Positions 38,684 through 62,212 of a DNA stretch of 64,000 bases are shown here, one piece after another; positions within the stretch are counted from its first letter, which is position 1, and every line of letters starts with the position of its first letter. The notes under the pieces are model-generated. The model worked only from the letters and a program-made list of their open reading frames with translations. It had not been told where the DNA came from and ran no database searches. Origin of the DNA: the human T2T-CHM13v2.0 reference genome, Homo sapiens; assembly GCF_009914755.1 (NCBI RefSeq), contig NC_060943.1; one strand, given 5' to 3'. The position numbers were made by a program, and so were the translations under genes.

Positions 38684-39670
38684 TTTTTTTTTTCTTTTTT
38701 CTTTTTTTTTGAGACGGAGTCTCGCTCTGTGGCCCAGGCTGGAGTGCAGTGGCACAATCTCGGCTCACTGCAACCTCCGCCTCCCGGGTTCAAGTGATTC
38801 TCATGCTTTAGCTTCCTGAGTAGCTGGGATTATAGGCGCGTGCCACCACGCCCGGCTAATTTTTGTGTTTTTAGTAGAGAAGAGATTTCACCATGTTGGT
38901 CAGGCTGGTCTCGAACTCCTGACCTCGTGATCCGCCCGCCTCGGCCTCCCAAAATGCTGTGATTACAGGTGTGAGCCACCACGCCTGGCCCCAGCCCTGC
39001 CTCTTACAGGCGGTACCACCTTGGGCAAGGGCAGGCCCCATCTGGGCCTCGGTTGCCCATCTGTGGAAAGGGCAGTATTCACTTCATTGGCCTGCTGGGA
39101 AGAATCTGAGATGATGATAGGCATTCCTGGGACCAGGAAGAAGGTTCGAAGATACAGCTGGGGAGAACTCTACCCTGGGCCCACCCTTCTAAAGAGAATA
39201 GTCCCTGCCTCAAGGGTTGCTCTGGTCTGGATGGGAGACGAGGCTCATACACGTCTATGAGTGGATGAATGAGTGAATGAATAAATGTGAATGTTGCATA
39301 TTCCAAAGCAAGTCCCTCCCCAACCCCTTCCGCCTCTTTTTCTAAGAGAGGAACTCTTTCCCCAATACGCTCTTTTTTTTAGAGATGAAGTCTCTGTCTG
39401 TTGCACAGGCTGGAGTACAGTGGCACCATCATAGCTCATTGTAGCCTTGAACTCCTGGGCTCAACGGATCCTTTTGCTTCAGCCTCCCAAGTAGCTGGGA
39501 CTATAGGCGCTCACCACCACACCCAGCTAATTTTTTTTTTAATTTTATTTTTGTAGAGACAGTGTCTCGCTGTGTTGCCCAGACTGGTCTTGAACTCCTG
39601 GCCTCAAGCGATTCTCCTGCCTCGGCCTCCCAAAGTGCTGGGATTACAGGCTTGAGCCACTGTGCCCGGC
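38684..39670 (-). mobile_element. Two reverse Alus (38684-38990, 39373-39670)
   Basis: Poly-T plus reverse Alu bodies. Confidence 0.9.
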
Positions 39671-40999
39671 CCCCCTTGCCTCTTTTCTGTAAGAAGGGCT
39701 GGCCGGCAGGGGGGCGGGCGGCACAGGAGGGCCATCAACAGAGCTGACTGGCCCCCCCCAACCCCATGGAGGTATGATTACTAGATTGCAATGAACTCCC
39801 ATTCTCTCCCCTGCACGTGTCTCTCCATCCCCACTCTGGGAGAAGACTTCCTTTGGGAGAGGTTAGGTGTAGACTACAGCTGGCCCCTCTAACCTTTGGT
39901 GGGGTTGGGGGTCGGGGGAGTGGTCCTGGAGACATCCACTCTCCTGGACCTGGAACCAGACTTTCTGGGCTGAGACCTGAAGGCAGCTGGACGATGTGGG
40001 AGGGTGAACCTGTCAAGGAGAAACTGAGGCAGGACTGTGGTGGAGGAGGCTGAAAGGAAGTGAGGGGTGCGCGATCAGGTGGGGAAGGGCCATGGCCCCA
40101 TAAGGGTTAAGGTCTGGGCTTGGAAGGGGGCCAGTCAAAGGTTTCTCCATCCCCCTCTCAGACTGGGGTGGGGGATAAATAAACAGAATGAGAAATCTGT
40201 CAGCTCAGCCCGGGCCAATGGGAGGCTGCCTGGCGCCATGGTTTGCCCTGATGTGACCTTCCTCTACCAGCCGCGGTGGCCACTGCGGGCAGGGGCAGTG
40301 TGTGGAGCCTCAGCCAGGGTACGATCATTCCAGCCTTGTGCATGCTCTTATACCTGGGCAGGGGGAGGGGGGATGTCTGGGGAGGAGTACCGTCTGTGCA
40401 AGGATCTTTGGGAGATCCGGGGAGCCCCATCCTTTGTACAGCTTGCATGTGGTCTGTGCACCTGGCCTGTATATATGCTTGTGCCTCATGGTCCCAGGTA
40501 CACATCCCCACGTGCCCCTGAATTGCGTGTGTCCATGTGGACCCCTGTGGCTCTGGGACCTGCTGGGGGTCTTGTGCATGTGGCTGTTGGCTGTGTTTCT
40601 CTGCCTCTGCGACTGGTCCATTTGACCCGAGTGGCTGTGCATATATGTGTGTGTCTGTGAACTTTGTGGATCTGTGTCTCCATGGGTGTGTTCTGGTTCT
40701 ATGTCTATATCCATGTGTTAGGTTATTTTGTGTGTGTCACGGTGCTCCTGTGGCTGTGTACCTGGGGTACTGTGTGTGTATGTTGGGGGGTATATCTCAG
40801 GTCTGTGGATACCCCAGTGCGTCTGTGATCTCCTGCGTGTCCGTGTGTCTTGTGTGAGCTGTGCGTGCCCGGGGTTCAGCCGCGTTTCTGCATATTTCGG
40901 TTCTAAGGACCTTCCCTCCTGTCCTGAATGTGGTGTGTCTGTGTACCTTGCATGTGTCTGGTGCCCCCGGGTGTCCCTCTGTGTGTAGCTGGGTTTTAT

Positions 41000-42400
41000 G
41001 ACCACCCTCGTGCGGCCCGGCACGCCCGCACGTCCCGCCACCCCCTCCCTTGGGTGTGTGTCTCGCAGCCCCCTGCACACCGTTCCCTATGTCTGTGGCC
41101 CGCGTGCCTTTGTGCGCGTGTGCTCCCCCCGGCGCCTTTGAGGTCTGCGTGCGTCTGGGTCCCTGCGTGTGCCCGCCCGCGCCCCCGTGTCCCTGATTCC
41201 CCCGCGCGGGCCCCGGGAGCTGCGTTTTGGAGACCCACGGGCATCCCCCGAGTGCGTCCCGGTGCGCCTGGCAGGAGGCCTCGGGACGCGCACGGCCGCG
41301 GCTGGACCCACCGCCCGGCGCGGCGCGGGGAGGAGGGAGGGGGCGGCGGCAGCGGGGAGCGCGGGCACGTCACCGAGACAGACAGGCGGGCGGGCGGCGG
41401 CGGCCACGGGTTCGAGCCGGCGCCGGAGCCCCGCGGCCCCCTCCCCCCCCCCCCGCCCACGGCCTAGGGAGCCCCCGCCCTGCCCCGGAGCCGCCGAAAT
41501 GCAATTTCCCGTGCAGGCGCCTCGGGCCCGGGGGGCTTTTCCGGGCGGGTTTTGGAAAGAAGAGGGGGAAATGCGGCGGCGGCCCCAATCGAGGTGAGCG
41601 CGGGCGCCGGGCGGGCCGGGGGCACGGGCGGGGCGGGGGCCGCCCGCGGGCAGGGGGCGCGGCGGGGCGGGGCGGGACGCGGCCGCAGCCCCCTCGCGCA
41701 CCTGCTCGCAGCCCCGGGGCGGGCGCCCCGGCCTCTGCGGCCCGGCCCTCCATTGTTGTTGGGGCTTGGAAGGGGGGCGGGGAGGCCCCGGCGGCATCTC
41801 TGCGTCTCGCCTTTCCGGAGAGGGGGCGCCGGGAGGGTCGGACTCTGCAAAGGGGACAGACCCCCGAGTCCCGGAGCCGGGGCCGCCAGGGGGAGGGCAA
41901 GCGGAGATGCCCTCGCGGGGCGGGGACGCGCGATGGGGGGCGTGGGGACAGCGGCGCCCCGACCGCCCGACACCTGACCGCGCGCGGGGAGGCCACGGGC
42001 CGGGGCGGCGGCGAGCTTTGTTCTTGGGGGCGCGGGGCGGGTGGGGCGCTCGGAAATCGAATGCCAGAAGAGAGTACGGCCCGGCGCGCGCGCGTTCGTG
42101 AAGGCTGCTCCGGCCAAGTTCATGGGCGCTCGGGCCTGCGGAGACCGATCCTGGCGGGGGCCCCGCTCAGGCCTGGCCGCGGGCTGGGGGTGCTGCAGCC
42201 GCGCCACCTCCGGAAGCCCTGGCGCCCTGCGCGGGCCGCCCCTCCGGCCTGTCATTACCGGCAGCAGCTGCAGGGTATTTACTGGGGCCAAGGTTTGCGA
42301 ACAGGAACCCGCCCTCCAAAACTGGCCATAAAAAGGGAAAATGGCCCCGAATCCCACTGCCGGGGAGCCCTTTTAAAGCTACAGGGCGCCTTTCACGGCG
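41000..42400 (+). promoter_or_regulatory. Large CpG island; candidate promoter/first exon of the miR-181c/d (NANOS3-locus) host transcript
   Basis: Highest CpG density in the window; GAG|GTGAGC donor at 41594 followed by G-rich, intron-like sequence. Confidence 0.65.
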
Positions 42401-43109
42401 ACCTGCCCTGGAGGGCAGGCTGGGGGTGGGGGGGTGGAAAAGACACCTCATTGGCTGATAGGGACTGAGACGTCCCCCCCACGGTCCCACACTTCGGTTC
42501 CCCTCCCCCCATCTCTTTCCCTACCCATTCCACACCCCTGGACTGCTCACAGATGCATTAAGCCAGCCACGATTAGATATTCCCAAGGCCCTGATGGAGA
42601 CCCCCAAAATTACACGCTATACACAGACATACAGCACCCCGATTAATACGCAGTCGAAAGTGATGCTGACACACACATACAGTCCCCACAATAACACTGC
42701 CACGTGTGTAGACACGTCACCCACAAGGGCTCGGACATCCAGGGATAGTGCCCATTGAAAGGCTGTCACACAGAAATGGAGCCACCAACGAAGGCAGCTA
42801 CAACATAGACACAGCCTTTCGCATAACACTGACACACAGAAGTGGGTGTTCACCCACAGCATGTCACTCAGGGTAGCAATGACAAACGCAGATCCCTAAA
42901 GCCCATCAGTCAGGCACACACAGACTCCGACTCCATCGTTCACAATACCTGGGACACACACAGACATCCATGTGTCCTCCCAACCAAGTTCACACCTGCA
43001 CACTCACAGTCACCCACAGTCACCCCCACCACACACACACACATACACACACACACAGACGGTACAAGGCCTGCAGAAACACATCTGACAGCAGGTCACA
43101 CATAATCTT

Positions 43110-49925
<6,816 letters not shown>

Positions 49926-50854
49926 ATGCCGGGTGCACCTTCCTAGGCCGTCCGCAGACCCAGGTCAGGGGCGAAGGCGCGCTCGCCCATCCCTGGTCGT
50001 CACTGCTTGGCTTGCGGGGGGTGGGAGATAGGGGTGCGTACCTGTAGGCCTGGGGGCACCCGGGGCGGGGGGGTGGTCGCCGAACTCTGTGCGATCACTG
50101 GAGGAAGGGACTGGGGGTCATTTGAGGGATGAGGAAATGGAGAGGGGGCGCCGCAGCCGGTTTTGAGGCCCAAGGGGCAGCCCCCACGTGGCTGCGCGGA
50201 CTCCCTCCGGAAGTGCCCGAGTTCAGATGCTGTGTGACCGCGCACGCGGGGCGAGCGGCGCCCTCTCTGAACCTCCTGCCTCTCCCCTGTCTAGTGGGGC
50301 CCCAGTGCACTTGTAAAGTGGAGAGACCTGACGACCCCCCACCCCCAAGCGCTCCACTCACGCTGTTGTGATTCCTAAACCATCGTGCCCGGAACTCAGT
50401 GAAGCTCCCAGAACGTATTACATTGTATTAAAATGGCTTGTTTATCTCCACGTTGCATCAATGCCCTCGGGGCCAGGATCCTCCGTTGCCAGACTTCCCG
50501 GGAACACTTGGAATGCCTCCTCCACCTCGGACTAGCAGTGGCCTTTGGCCTCAGTCTCCCCAGTTGACAAAGGGGGGTAATCTGCACCTCCAGGATCACT
50601 TTGTGAATTACTTAAGGAGCGGGCTTGAGGCCAGCACTCCCCTGCACTGCTACATCTCCATCCCCATAGCAAAGGCTACATTTTATTTACTAGCATTTAT
50701 ATTTGCCTTGTGTTTTTCCCAGATCTAGGTGCAAACAGCACCTGAAAAGCGTTTGTTTATTTCATGAGAGAAAAGGGGTTCCTTACTCTCTCCTCCTCTC
50801 CCTCTTCATGCTCTCTGGTTCCCTGCCACCTACCCCACCCCCGACTCCAGGTCC

Positions 50855-50964
50855 CGGAAAATTTGCCAAGGGTTTGGGGGAACATTCAACCTGTCGGTGA
50901 GTTTGGGCAGCTCAGGCAAACCATCGACCGTTGAGTGGACCCTGAGGCCTGGAATTGCCATCCT
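50855..50964 (+). ncRNA. MIR181C: pre-miR-181c; 5p 50881-50902, 3p 50919-50940
   Basis: AACATTCAACCTGTCGGTGAGT and AACCATCGACCGTTGAGTGGAC. Confidence 0.98.
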
Positions 50965-51030
50965 CCTGCCGGTGACTCTGACCTTCCAGATCTAGGGGGG
51001 CCTGGGGAGCCCCCAATCCAGCCTGGGCAC

Positions 51031-51167
51031 GTCCCCTCCCCTAGGCCACAGCCGAGGTCACAATCAACATTCATTGTTGTCGGTGGGTTGTGAGGACTGA
51101 GGCCAGACCCACCGGGGGATGAATGTCACTGTGGCTGGGCCAGACACGGCTTAAGGGGAATGGGGAC
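51031..51167 (+). ncRNA. MIR181D: pre-miR-181d; 5p 51066-51088
   Basis: AACATTCATTGTTGTCGGTGGGT with complementary CCACCGGGGGATGAATGTCAC arm. Confidence 0.98.
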
Positions 51168-51337
51168 TGGGGACAGGACCCCCCACCGCCACAGTCACTC
51201 AGCCTGTTTTTTGCCCTGACCCCAACCACTCCTCTTTGGAGAGGAGAGCTGGTGTCTGGAATCTGGATGGGCTCTGGCTGGATTTGGGACTAAATATTAG
51301 AGGGTTGGGGGTAAACAGGCTGGGGCAGGGCAGCTAA

Positions 51338-52631
<1,294 letters not shown>

Positions 52632-53404
52632 TAAATAACTGGATGGGCAGGTGGCTTCACACCTCAGTTTGCTCATCCATTCAATGGGGGTTCCACTAAG
52701 ACAACCGATGTGAAAACTCTTGGAGGGAGACCAGAGCTGGGGGCCGGGGGGCATGATCCTTCCCCCCTACCCCCGCAACCAGCCCATGAGCCTGGGACTA
52801 CCACACTCCTTTCAGAGACAGCTGGAGCATCAGCAACCTCCCGCCTGGACACACACACACACAAAGAACCCAGGGGCACCTGGCCACTCCCCCGCCCAGG
52901 GGAAGGAAGAAAAAGTTATAAAGAAGTTACTAAGTTAACTTCTTTAAGTTACTGGTAACTGCTAGTCTTTGGGGGTGGGGTTTCCAACCCATTCTCCCCA
53001 TCCTCCAGTGGGGCTGGAGGGCTAAGGACTCCTACAAGGAGGGGAGGCAGGGTAGCCCCCCAATTCCCTGGAGGTGTGTACGGGGGGCTGTGGTGCACCT
53101 CGCAGGATGCCCCCCCACACACCCTGTGTCCTGTAGTCCCCCGGCACAGCCAGAGGCCATACAGCCCTTTAGGAGGAGTATTAGTGGGGCACCAGGCCCC
53201 CCTGTGACAATAAGGAACCTCCCACAGCCTGCTCCTCCCTCTTCACACCCCCTTGGAGGTAAAAGGAGGGTCGGCCAGCACAGACTCCCAGGCTCCAGAG
53301 AGGGGAAGGAAGGGGCAGCAGAGAGGGGTCAGAAGGAGGGAGCTTAAGCCAGGCAGGGTTACTTGTCTCTGTGACTCCTTCCGCCTGGCACATGCTGCCC
53401 AGCT

Positions 53405-53921
53405 ATGGGGACCTTTGACCTGTGGACAGATTACCTGGGTTTGGCACACCTGGTTAGGGCTCTGAGTGGGAAAGAGGGTCCTGAAACCAGGCTGAGCCCC
53501 CAGCCAGAGCCAGAGCCAATGCTGGAGCCGGTGTCAGCCCTGGAGCCGATGCCAGCGCCGGAGTCGGTGCCAGTGCCGGGACCCAAGGATCAGAAGCGCA
53601 GCCTGGAGTCCTCGCCAGCTCCCGAACGCCTGTGCTCTTTCTGCAAACACAACGGCGAGTCCCGGGCCATCTACCAGTCCCACGTGCTGAAGGACGAGGC
53701 TGGCAGGGTGCTGTGTCCCATCCTGCGGGACTACGTGTGTCCCCAGTGCGGCGCCACACGTGAGCGCGCCCACACCCGACGCTTCTGCCCACTTACTGGC
53801 CAGGGCTACACCTCCGTCTACAGCCACACCACCCGAAACTCGGCAGGCAAGAAGCTGGTCCGGCCTGACAAGGCGAAGACACAGGACACAGGCCACCGCC
53901 GAGGAGGAGGAGGAGGAGCAG
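53405..53921 (+). CDS. NANOS3: NANOS3 coding exon 1 (NIM motif and two CCHC zinc fingers)
   Basis: [13 protein letters not shown] (NOT1-interacting motif); CSFCKHNGE...HVLK...[15 protein letters not shown]...HTRRFCP Nanos finger; CAG|GTGCCT donor at 53922. Confidence 0.97.
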
Positions 53922-53981
53922 GTGCCTGCACAGGTGGCTGGGGGGGACCTGTCCGAGGGTAGTGGCTGAGCCCCCCTGTGA

Positions 53982-56659
<2,678 letters not shown>

Positions 56660-56884
56660 GAGGCTGCCTACACCTGGGCAAGGGCACCCGGGCTCGGCTG
56701 GATTTCCAGGAAGACCCACCCTATGACGACTGCCCCCACTCCCAGACCCTCCCCCCAGCCTGGGATTGAGCCCTGGGGATGACCCGGGGTTGGCAAGGGA
56801 AGAGCTGAAATCGCCCTGTCCTTGGGGACCCCACCCTTTGTGCCATCTGCCGTTTCCCTAGTGCTGGGCATCCAGTCAGCCCTC

Positions 56885-56890
56885 AATAAA
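56885..56890 (+). terminator. NANOS3 poly(A) signal
   Basis: AATAAA ~225 nt after the stop codon. Confidence 0.85.
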
Positions 56891-58526
56891 TGCTTATGAA
56901 TGGATCAACAACAGACAAGCCCTGGTCTTGGGACAAGGTGTAGTGTGAACCTTGCTGGGAGTCCTGTACCTAGATCTCCCCTTCTCCTTCTTTGAGTTTC
57001 GGCACCCTGGGGTGCTGGGGTGAGCTGCTTTGTGCAGAGAAACACAAGTGGGTGCCTTGGGGTAGCTGGGGGGGTTCATGGCACCTCAAAGCCAGATCGA
57101 CATCATGAGACCCTTTCTGTGGACATTTGGTCTTTCAGCCACCCCCTGCACTGACATGCAAGATGGGTGGACTCCTCCCATCCCACCCCCAGCTCCGTAC
57201 TGGAGGTGGGGGCTTCATTTGAGGAAGAAATTGACACACAACTAGACAGAGCCCCCCCCCCCCGACATCCTCATCACTAAGGAAGGTGAATGTTTATGTC
57301 ACCATGGATGCCCCAGTGACAAGCCAGGCAGTTTAGAGCAAGGGAGGGACATTTAGGGGGCAGGGAATGGGACCATGTCCTGGGTGGGCTTGGGCAGGAG
57401 CAGAAGGATGGGGCTGTTCTGGCAGGGCGGGGGGGAAATGCATGTGGGGGAATCCCCACACCCCTGCCTGCCTCCTCCACCTCCAGATCTTGTCCTGTTG
57501 GGGCAACAGGTGGCAGTGCTCAGGAAGCCAGTGCGCCCACTGTGCAGTCCACATTCCTACCCCGCCCCCGTCCCACAAACCAGCCCTGAGGCCTGTGGTC
57601 TGGCAGCGGGGAGCAGGAATCGAGCTCTTTGCTGTCCCCTCTGCCCTTGGCTTTCCGACTTAAAAGACTTAAATTGGAACCGGAGGCCCTGGGGATGGGG
57701 GTGGGCTCTTGCAGACAGCTGGGTCGTGGAGGGGGAAGTGGGGAGGAGGAGAAAGAAAACAGAAGGATCCCAGCGGCTCCCAGGGTCTGGGAATGGAGTT
57801 ACAGTTTCCTAGGGCAGAGCCGCTGGGGCTGGAGACCCGGGGAACTGGGCTTACACCAGGGCATGTCCTGGTGGACAGGGGGCTCACCTGGGTGTGAACC
57901 CACCCTGCTCTTTCCTCCCCTCCTGCATCAGGTCTCCAGGGTGTAAGGCTGCAGGGTGGGAGGAGGACCCCGCCTGAGCCATGGGAGCTGGGGTGCAGGA
58001 GTCACAGAGTGCTTCATGATGTCGAAGGTCCAGTCAGCCTTTCAGTGACAGATTTCACAGAGGCATTGTTTTCTGTAAACTGGGGATGACAGCAGCCCCT
58101 GTGGTTGCTAACAGGACTGTCATCTGGCTCGAGAGGCTTGCGTGGGATGAGAAATGCCACGACTTCAGCCATGTTTGCATCCATAACCTCCTGGGATGGC
58201 CTCCTTCCTGTCTGGGGCCCACAGGCAGCTTGTCCTGGAGGATGGGCCAAGCCACCGGAGCGCAGGACTCACCCTGCAGCTGGATGATCGCCCAGGGCGT
58301 CTCTTAGGCTTCGACCCGCGTGTATGCTCAAGAGCCTGCACACAGATGTGGGCACACAGTCACCCACCCCTGGAGATTCGCCCCCCCCTTGCTTTCCCAG
58401 GGAAGCTGAGGCATAAAACTCGTAGAGGGCGAGGAGGAGGAAGTGGGTAGAGAGGTTTGTGGGCGGAAGGTGAAGGAACTGAAGCCTCAGCCCCAAACAG
58501 CAGGTCACGGGGCCTCTACAGAATCA

Positions 58527-58532
58527 TTTATT
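58527..58532 (-). terminator. BRME1 poly(A) signal
   Basis: TTTATT on the plus strand ~430 nt beyond the BRME1 stop. Confidence 0.8.
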
Positions 58533-58958
58533 ATGGGTCTTCCCAGAAGAAATAAAATGGAAATGGGGAGAAAGAAAACAAAGGGAGCTCTCTTCTCCTC
58601 CAGGAAAGAAACAAATTCTGAACCATCCATACTTGGCTCAGGACCCTAAAATTTGCAAATCCGGACAGGATGGGCCCTGCTCAGAGGTGGCCAGCTTCCT
58701 GGAGCCCAGGCCCGCTTGAAGTCACTGGGGCTGTGGGAGACACAGTTTCCCTCCCTGAAGCCAAGGGTGGCAAATGACCTTGACCCTGGCCAGGTGAGGC
58801 CAGGACCTCACGGCCTCCTTTGTGTTGTCCATGGAAGACCAACTTCCGGGCAACTGAAGGGAGGTTTGTAGGGTCCACTAGGACCCCCTGGAGCATCTTG
58901 GAGGAGGTCTGCGGACATGGGGGCTGGGTGGCAAAGGAAACACAGACCTCAAAGTGGC

Positions 58959-59109
58959 CTACAACTCCCTCCAGGGTGGGTCCCCTCGAGGGATATTCCC
59001 AGGCCCCTTGGAAGGGTAAGGCAGGGGGGCTTTGCCTCCCAGCTTTGTCTTCCGGTAGTTAAGGCGCTTGAAAGCTTCCAGGTCCCGGTGGGTGCCCATG
59101 ATCAGCCGG
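58959..59109 (-). CDS. BRME1: BRME1 (C19orf57) last coding exon: (N)[49 protein letters not shown]
   Basis: tttcccccacag| acceptor; in frame with the previous exon; TAG at 58961-58959; conserved BRME1 C-terminal helix. Confidence 0.9.
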
Positions 59110-59464
59110 CTGTGGGGGAAACACAGGCATGCGTGTGGGGCTCAGTGGTCACCAGGTGACAGAGGGGGCCGCGCCTCACAGCCACATGGTCACCAATGAC
59201 TCAGGTGCACACACACGGCTCACACACGTGCACATAACCAGAAAGGGCCTGTTGTAGCACAGGCTGGGCCTGTTGCAGCCTTTCTTCAGAGCCTGTGTTC
59301 TGCAAAGGACGGGGGAGGGGGGCCACGGTGAGGACCCAGCAGCAGTGAGGTGCCTGACCCTCGCTGCCCACCTAGGGGCTTCACACTTCAGTCCCTCCCT
59401 GCTCCTCTGAGTCCCCACTGGCCTCCCGCAGACCCTGTGCCGTGAGTCCAAGCCCACCCCGTAC

Positions 59465-59557
59465 TTCAGGTTGGAGAGCTCAACGATGAGGCCACGCACG
59501 ACGTTGGTGGCATCCTCCATCCTGGAGGCCTCAGAGGCCTGGATCCCCACGAAGGTC
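59465..59557 (-). CDS. BRME1: BRME1 penultimate coding exon (93 nt): (R)TFVGIQASEASRMEDATNVVRGLIVELSNL(N)
   Basis: ggccag| acceptor, AA|GTACGG donor; part of ORF 59176-59598. Confidence 0.9.
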
Positions 59558-60249
59558 CTGGCCAGCAGGGAAGGAAATTGAGAGTGGCCCGACCTCACTG
59601 GACTACCAGAGCTCTCCAGTGGGAGGGGCTTCCGCAGGGCCTCGCGCCATCTTTTCCAGGTGTCCAGCCTGTCCTCCTCTGTTCACGACAGAACCCTGAT
59701 GGCCAACCCAGCTGGCTCCACTGCCCAGCAGGCCCAGAACCCAACCGCTTCTCCCCTACCTGCCCTGCCCTCTCAGGACGCTGCTGCCACCGCCTCCCTA
59801 TCTCCTGCCCCTGTGGCTTGTCCCCCACAGGCACTGGGGGCTGTGAACTTGGAAACCTAGCTCAGAGGCAAGCCCTCTCCTCCCGCAGCTGTGCACCACC
59901 TGCCTGCCCCGTGCCCTCCCCTCATCCCCCGCTTCTCCCCTCCCCTCGGCTCTAGCCACACTAGACTCCTGGCCATTCCTTGAGCACCTCTCAGGATTCT
60001 GGAATGTTCTTTCCCAAATGTCTCCTCCTGGTGGTGGCTTCCCTGATTCCTCCTTACATTTTAACCCCTTCTCCGCTGCCTTTTTTTCCCCAACACTCTG
60101 CCATCTGACTATCTAATCTGCTGTCTCTCATGTCCCCACACCCCGAATCCCCCAGTAGCATTCAACTCTGTGTTTTGTCCCACACTGCCTCCCCAGCACC
60201 CAGGGCAGTGCTAGAAAGGCCAGCCCAGATGGCATTCATATCCTTGGAA

Positions 60250-60800
<551 letters not shown>

Positions 60801-62117
60801 ATCACGGAAGAGCCAAGGAGCCACAGAACACCTCCCCCACCCCACAGAACAGGTGCCACTCTCAGACACAGGCAGTACAGGTGGCCAGGCGGGTAAGTGG
60901 GGGCCACCCGCCCTAAACCCGCCCATGCCCCAGGCTTCGCAGCACCTCCGGGGCTGTCACTATGGAAACTGCTGTCCTGCTGCTCCTGCCTTGGTCACCC
61001 TGAGGTGTCTGGCAGCCCCTGGGTCTTAGCCTCTTGTGTGTGTCATTCAGCCTCAAGCCACCAAACCAGACCCGGGGCCCTCTGGGAGCTTCCAGACATC
61101 CAGGACGGTGGGGAGGGGAGCTGCATTGGCCCTGGGACGCTGTCGGAGATTCAGATGTGAACCCTCCCGGCTCTTCACTCAAACCACAGCGGGCCGCTCT
61201 GATGAACTGCCTCTGGTCCACGTGCAGGTTGTGTGTGTGGCTAAGGGAGGTGGCCAGTGGCACAGCAGGTACAAGTCACAGGGAGTGACGGCAGGAGGCA
61301 GGGACAGAGCCGCCCTCTGCTAGGGGAGGAGAAGGAGGAGGAGGGTGTGGGGGCCACACACAGCCAAGGGCTGAGTCCCAAACCCTCCTCCACCCCTGCC
61401 AGACAGAAACAGAAACTTGGCCATAAATAATTGATAAGCTGCCGCCTCTGCAGAGAGGCAGGTTCAAGTGCCAGGTAACAGAGAGGGCAGCCACCCAGCG
61501 CTGGCTTCGAGGAGGGCTGTGGGAGGGCACGGGAGGAGGGGACAGGCTGCGGAGACCCCGGGCATTGTGCGGGGGAGAGGGTGCCCTCCTCACACACAGC
61601 AGGCTGGAGGACGGCTCACTGGTGGCCTGTGGGAGGGAGGAGGTGGTTCGCCTAGGGCAAGAGCCAAGTGGGGAGGGGAGGAGGTGAGGGCAGGTTAGAC
61701 TCACTCGGGTGCCCGCCTGGTGCCAGAGCTAGGAACAGCTCCAAGATGGTCTCAGCCAACAGTTCTGAGCCCTGTCTGGGTCCCCTCCCCTTCCCAGGGA
61801 CTCAGGAGGAAGCTTTGGCCCCTCTTCCCAGAGAGAAAGAGCCCACAGAGCCGGAGGCACTGTCCCAGGGCTCCTGGGGAGCTTCTGGGTGGGGAGATGC
61901 TGGGTTGGGTGTCGATCACTGGTCACTGTCGCCCATTCTCTGCTTTCGGGGAGCAGGGGAATGTATACAGTTTGAAAGACAGGGCTCAGCTCCCCTGCTG
62001 GACTGAGGAAGTCGAGGCCCAGGGAGGGAGAACTGGGGTCTGTCTCCTCCATCTGTCACCCTCCTTGGTAAAATTTGTGAGGGTCCTGGAGCCACTTCTC
62101 ACCCACGCCACACCTAC

Positions 62118-62212
62118 CTCGGCTGGGCCTTGGCCACTGCAACAGGGTCTCCATTGGCATGTGAGCTGGGGCCCGGCCAGCAAGGGCCCGGCTTGTTCCC
62201 CGAAGGAAAGAG
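62118..62212 (-). CDS. BRME1: BRME1 coding exon (95 nt): LFPSGNKPGPCWPGPSSHANGDPVAVAKAQP(R)
   Basis: ctctctttccag| acceptor, GAG|GTAGGT donor; its phase-2 end completes an AGG codon with the next exon. Confidence 0.85.

Noticed and set aside
41087-42468. 413-aa and other overlapping ORFs
   Set aside because: CpG-island artefact with no recognisable domain
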